Shown piece by piece: positions 43,301 to 45,112 of a stretch of DNA of 45,112 nucleotides. Position numbers and translations under genes: made by a program. Below the pieces are notes generated by a model. That model was not told where the DNA came from and did no database searches. It saw nothing but the letters and a program-made list of their open reading frames with translations. This DNA comes from Marine Group II euryarchaeote MED-G33 (GTDB taxonomy: Archaea > Thermoplasmatota > Poseidoniia > Poseidoniales > Thalassarchaeaceae), in contig CATISE010000059.1 in NCBI GenBank assembly GCA_949538655.1, forward strand, positions 1 to 45,112, read 5' to 3'. Positions within the stretch are counted from its first letter, which is position 1, and every line of letters begins with the position of its first letter.

Positions 43301-44997
43301 GCGAACACCCCCCAACGTTCTCGAACTTCATTGGCAGATTCTGCTAAATCCATTTCTGATAAGGAGAAATTGTCAGCCATGAGCAACGCGCCTTGCGCAT
43401 CGATCATGGCTCGACCGGTGAATGTGTGCTTTCGTCCCAACATCTGACCTCGTAATTCGGCCAAGAATGATTCACCACCATCTGTTTCGCAGGCTGCTCT
43501 AACTTCTGCCATCGTCTTACCGAGGAATGCTTCAGCACTAGTACGACCCAAGATTAGGGCGCCATTGGAGAGACCATCATCTAGGATGATTCGTAATCGT
43601 AAATCCTCGACCCCTTCTTGTGGCCCATGTTCCCTGCAGGCCCCGTCGCGCATCGCTTTGTTACAATCTGGGCATCGATGAATGATTCCTGAACCCGAGG
43701 CTACAGAGATTACCGTTGCTGAACTGGTTACCCCACTTCGTGAACCCCCGGATAGCAATTCTGTAAAATCAACCTCAACAGAGTGTTGACTGGCATCAAT
43801 TGTCTCCCATGGGATGGAATCTAGAACTTCGACTTGTTCACTTCTGTCAACCGTCAAATCAGGTGTACCTTGCCATGAACGAACTCGGACATTGTTGAGT
43901 TTTACCGCAAGAGGGAGTGAACCATCATCGATCGGGAGTTCAGTCCAAGCTGTCAGCCTACAAATTCCAGTTGGATCGACTGCGTCACCGCCCCAAACGG
44001 TTTTCTCGGCGCCATCTTTTCCAGTAAAAGTACGACTACCCCATGTTGTCAATTGGACAGTGATGGCAACATCGGCTGAACCATCTCGAAGTTGTCCGAT
44101 TTGCATTACAGAGGATTGTTCGAGATCTTCAAGGCTGGCAAAACTATTGTCGTGATAGACTTCGACCTTTGTTCGGTCTCCGATGTTAAGTTCAGGTGTG
44201 TTTCGGAATCTGCGGATTGGTGCGCTCTCAATCTTTAGAAGCGTGCCAACCGGGTGTTCAAATTCACCAAAACAAGCAAACCCAATGGTGCCAGTATCAT
44301 CAGCCAGGCGTCCTTTCACCATGTCCAGAGTACCGCTACCATCCTTTTTGTTTACAGTCATCTGACGGGTGGAGATCACTCGCGCAACAACGGTTGCAAA
44401 CCCATCCATGCCCAACACACGTTCAATCGAAGTTGGGTCAGAGGGAGCTGCGACGACCTTACGCTCACTACCACGTAGAACCGCAACACGACTGGTTTGG
44501 TTAATGTTGAGAGAGAATTTACCGTTCCACTCATTGACTGAAACGCCCTCTAGACGGACGACATTACCAGGGCTGAGATTTTCAGCATGATTCCCCCAGT
44601 CCTTGAAGTCCCAACGTGTTCGTTGGCCGCCTTCTTCCCATGGATTGTCCTCAATCCAACCAAATGCGGTCTGTTTTTCCTCACCACGGACCATGGTCAT
44701 TCGTGGAACATAGGTCACAACTTCAACCTCGATGGTGACATTTTTGTCATCGGAAGCAAGATTGGAAAATCGCTCCACGGATTTGGCGACTGAACGGGTC
44801 GAAGTCTTTGGGGCATTGACTTCCATCCCAGCTTCTTTTTGGAAATGCTCAATGACACTGCGCAGTGCGTGTTTTGGTGGGACGAGGAATTCATCTCGAT
44901 AACGGGTAAATTCCGCGGCTATCTTTTCTTCATCGGCATCGGGTACGGCTTCTTTGACCGCACCAATCTCTTGTTCAAATTCTTCTTGGTTAGACAT
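43297..44997 (-). CDS. rpa: Replication protein A (multi-OB-fold ssDNA-binding protein with a zinc finger)
   Basis: Several OB-like repeats (..VVARVIS..DGSGTL.., ..ITVQLTTW..) and CPDCNKAMRDGACREHG, a C-x2-C-x8-C-x2-H finger. Confidence 0.85.
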   Translation of the reverse strand: MSNQEEFEQEIGAVKEAVPDADEEKIAAEFTRYRDEFLVPPKHALRSVIEHFQKEAGMEVNAPKTSTRSVAKSVERFSNLASDDKNVTIEVEVVTYVPRMTMVRGEEKQTAFGWIEDNPWEEGGQRTRWDFKDWGNHAENLSPGNVVRLEGVSVNEWNGKFSLNINQTSRVAVLRGSERKVVAAPSDPTSIERVLGMDGFATVVARVISTRQMTVNKKDGSGTLDMVKGRLADDTGTIGFACFGEFEHPVGTLLKIESAPIRRFRNTPELNIGDRTKVEVYHDNSFASLEDLEQSSVMQIGQLRDGSADVAITVQLTTWGSRTFTGKDGAEKTVWGGDAVDPTGICRLTAWTELPIDDGSLPLAVKLNNVRVRSWQGTPDLTVDRSEQVEVLDSIPWETIDASQHSVEVDFTELLSGGSRSGVTSSATVISVASGSGIIHRCPDCNKAMRDGACREHGPQEGVEDLRLRIILDDGLSNGALILGRTSAEAFLGKTMAEVRAACETDGGESFLAELRGQMLGRKHTFTGRAMIDAQGALLMADNFSLSEMDLAESANEVRERWGVFA

Positions 44998-45018
44998 TTC
45001 GAATTACTCCTGGGAGGG

Positions 45019-45112
45019 TCAGAAGACCGCGTCCGCACGAGCATGTCCTGCTTGGGTTGAGTCACAACCCGGGCAGAGAACAATGGTCGATCGTGCTGTT
45101 TGGGGAAGACGC
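45019..45112 (-). CDS. 3' end of an unidentified gene, C-terminus with a CPGC zinc-ribbon half-site; the gene continues beyond the window
   Basis: The minus-strand frame is open from the window edge to TGA at 45021-45019: ..RLPQTARSTIVLCPGCDSTQAGHARADAVF. Confidence 0.3.
   Translation of the reverse strand, partial: RLPQTARSTIVLCPGCDSTQAGHARADAVF

Noticed and set aside
1-45112. tRNA, rRNA, transposase, integrase or prophage content
   Set aside because: The intergenic gaps are short (308 nt or less) and I saw no cloverleaf-compatible sequence. No ORF shows DDE, tyrosine/serine-recombinase or capsid/terminase-like motifs.

Overview
This is a chromosomal segment from an archaeon, called by eye from the translated ORFs with no database search. 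The evidence is a complete A1A0 ATP synthase operon (atpH-I-K-E-C-F-A-B-D, minus strand, 24.1-32.8 kb), Orc1/Cdc6, the conserved rps6e / aIF2-gamma / PIN block, Dph2, smc-scpA-scpB, an RPA plus RPA-associated OB-fold pair, and geranylgeranyl reductase next to a polyprenyl synthase. A class II HMG-CoA reductase, many acidic protein tails and moderate GC fit a planktonic Thermoplasmatota-like euryarchaeon (MG-II/III type), but I cannot confirm that.

Most of the window is housekeeping: purine salvage, translation, replication, chromosome condensation, energy, isoprenoid lipid and cofactor synthesis. I saw no rRNA, tRNA, CRISPR, transposase or integrase.

The less ordinary content is:
- A four-gene, translationally coupled, pilin-less Epd/Tad-like type IV filament core (secretion ATPase, two single-domain platform proteins, an unknown 116-aa soluble protein) directly downstream of the RPA operon.
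- A helically phased TAACGC repeat array with a 19-bp palindrome and an AT-rich core, in the divergent intergenic region next to an AAA+/winged-helix gene with a K-to-R P-loop.
- That gene's tight operon with a cytoplasmic beta-propeller/TPR protein and DUF357.
- Several apparent pseudoenzymes or divergent paralogs: an M50 protease without HExxH, a HemC-like protein without the cofactor Cys, an MIP-like protein without NPA motifs, and an aIF2-gamma without the Cys4 knuckle.
- A protein with three N-terminal SAP motifs.

All functional calls rest on motif recognition and need HMM or structure confirmation.
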